DNA of 64,000 nucleotides from Octopus bimaculoides (lineage: Eukaryota): contig NC_068995.1 in assembly GCF_001194135.2 (NCBI RefSeq), forward strand, positions 5,005,352-5,069,351, written 5' to 3'. A program made the translations under genes and the position numbers. Of the stretch, positions 63,938 to 64,000 are shown piece after piece. Every line of letters begins with the position of its first letter. The stretch's first letter is position 1. The notes under the pieces are model-generated. The model saw nothing but the letters and a program-made list of their open reading frames with translations, was not told the DNA's origin and did no database searches.

Positions 63938-64000
<63 letters not shown>

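Overview
AT-rich, microsatellite- and SINE-dense eukaryotic genomic DNA with assembly gaps. The SINE families and the mollusc-type Galpha-i sequence suggest a coleoid cephalopod, probably Octopus (inference). Most ORF-track calls are microsatellite or N-gap artefacts; the real genes are spliced. (1) The 3' part of a G-protein alpha-i gene (+, six exons, 1756-14291, ends [10 protein letters not shown]). (2) A complete G6PD CDS (-, 12 coding exons, 44024 to 20836, 1557 nt, 518 aa), convergent with Galpha-i. (3) TAF11 (+, four coding exons, 52712-58091, about 385 aa), head-to-head with G6PD across an NRF1/ETS motif cluster. (4) The first coding exon of an unidentified acidic protein (+, 60601-60925). 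The window also holds fossils of mariner, Ty3/Gypsy and RTE elements, several fold-back MITEs and tandem SINE arrays. The most notable signal is four hammerhead-ribozyme (HHR) motifs in introns of all three identified genes: a base-pair-perfect minimal type I HHR (8712-8760), a sister copy with a long stem II (55515-55596), one inside a 351-nt tandem retrozyme-like unit (36032-36076), and a decayed one in the tail of a tRNA-headed SINE (30837-30879).
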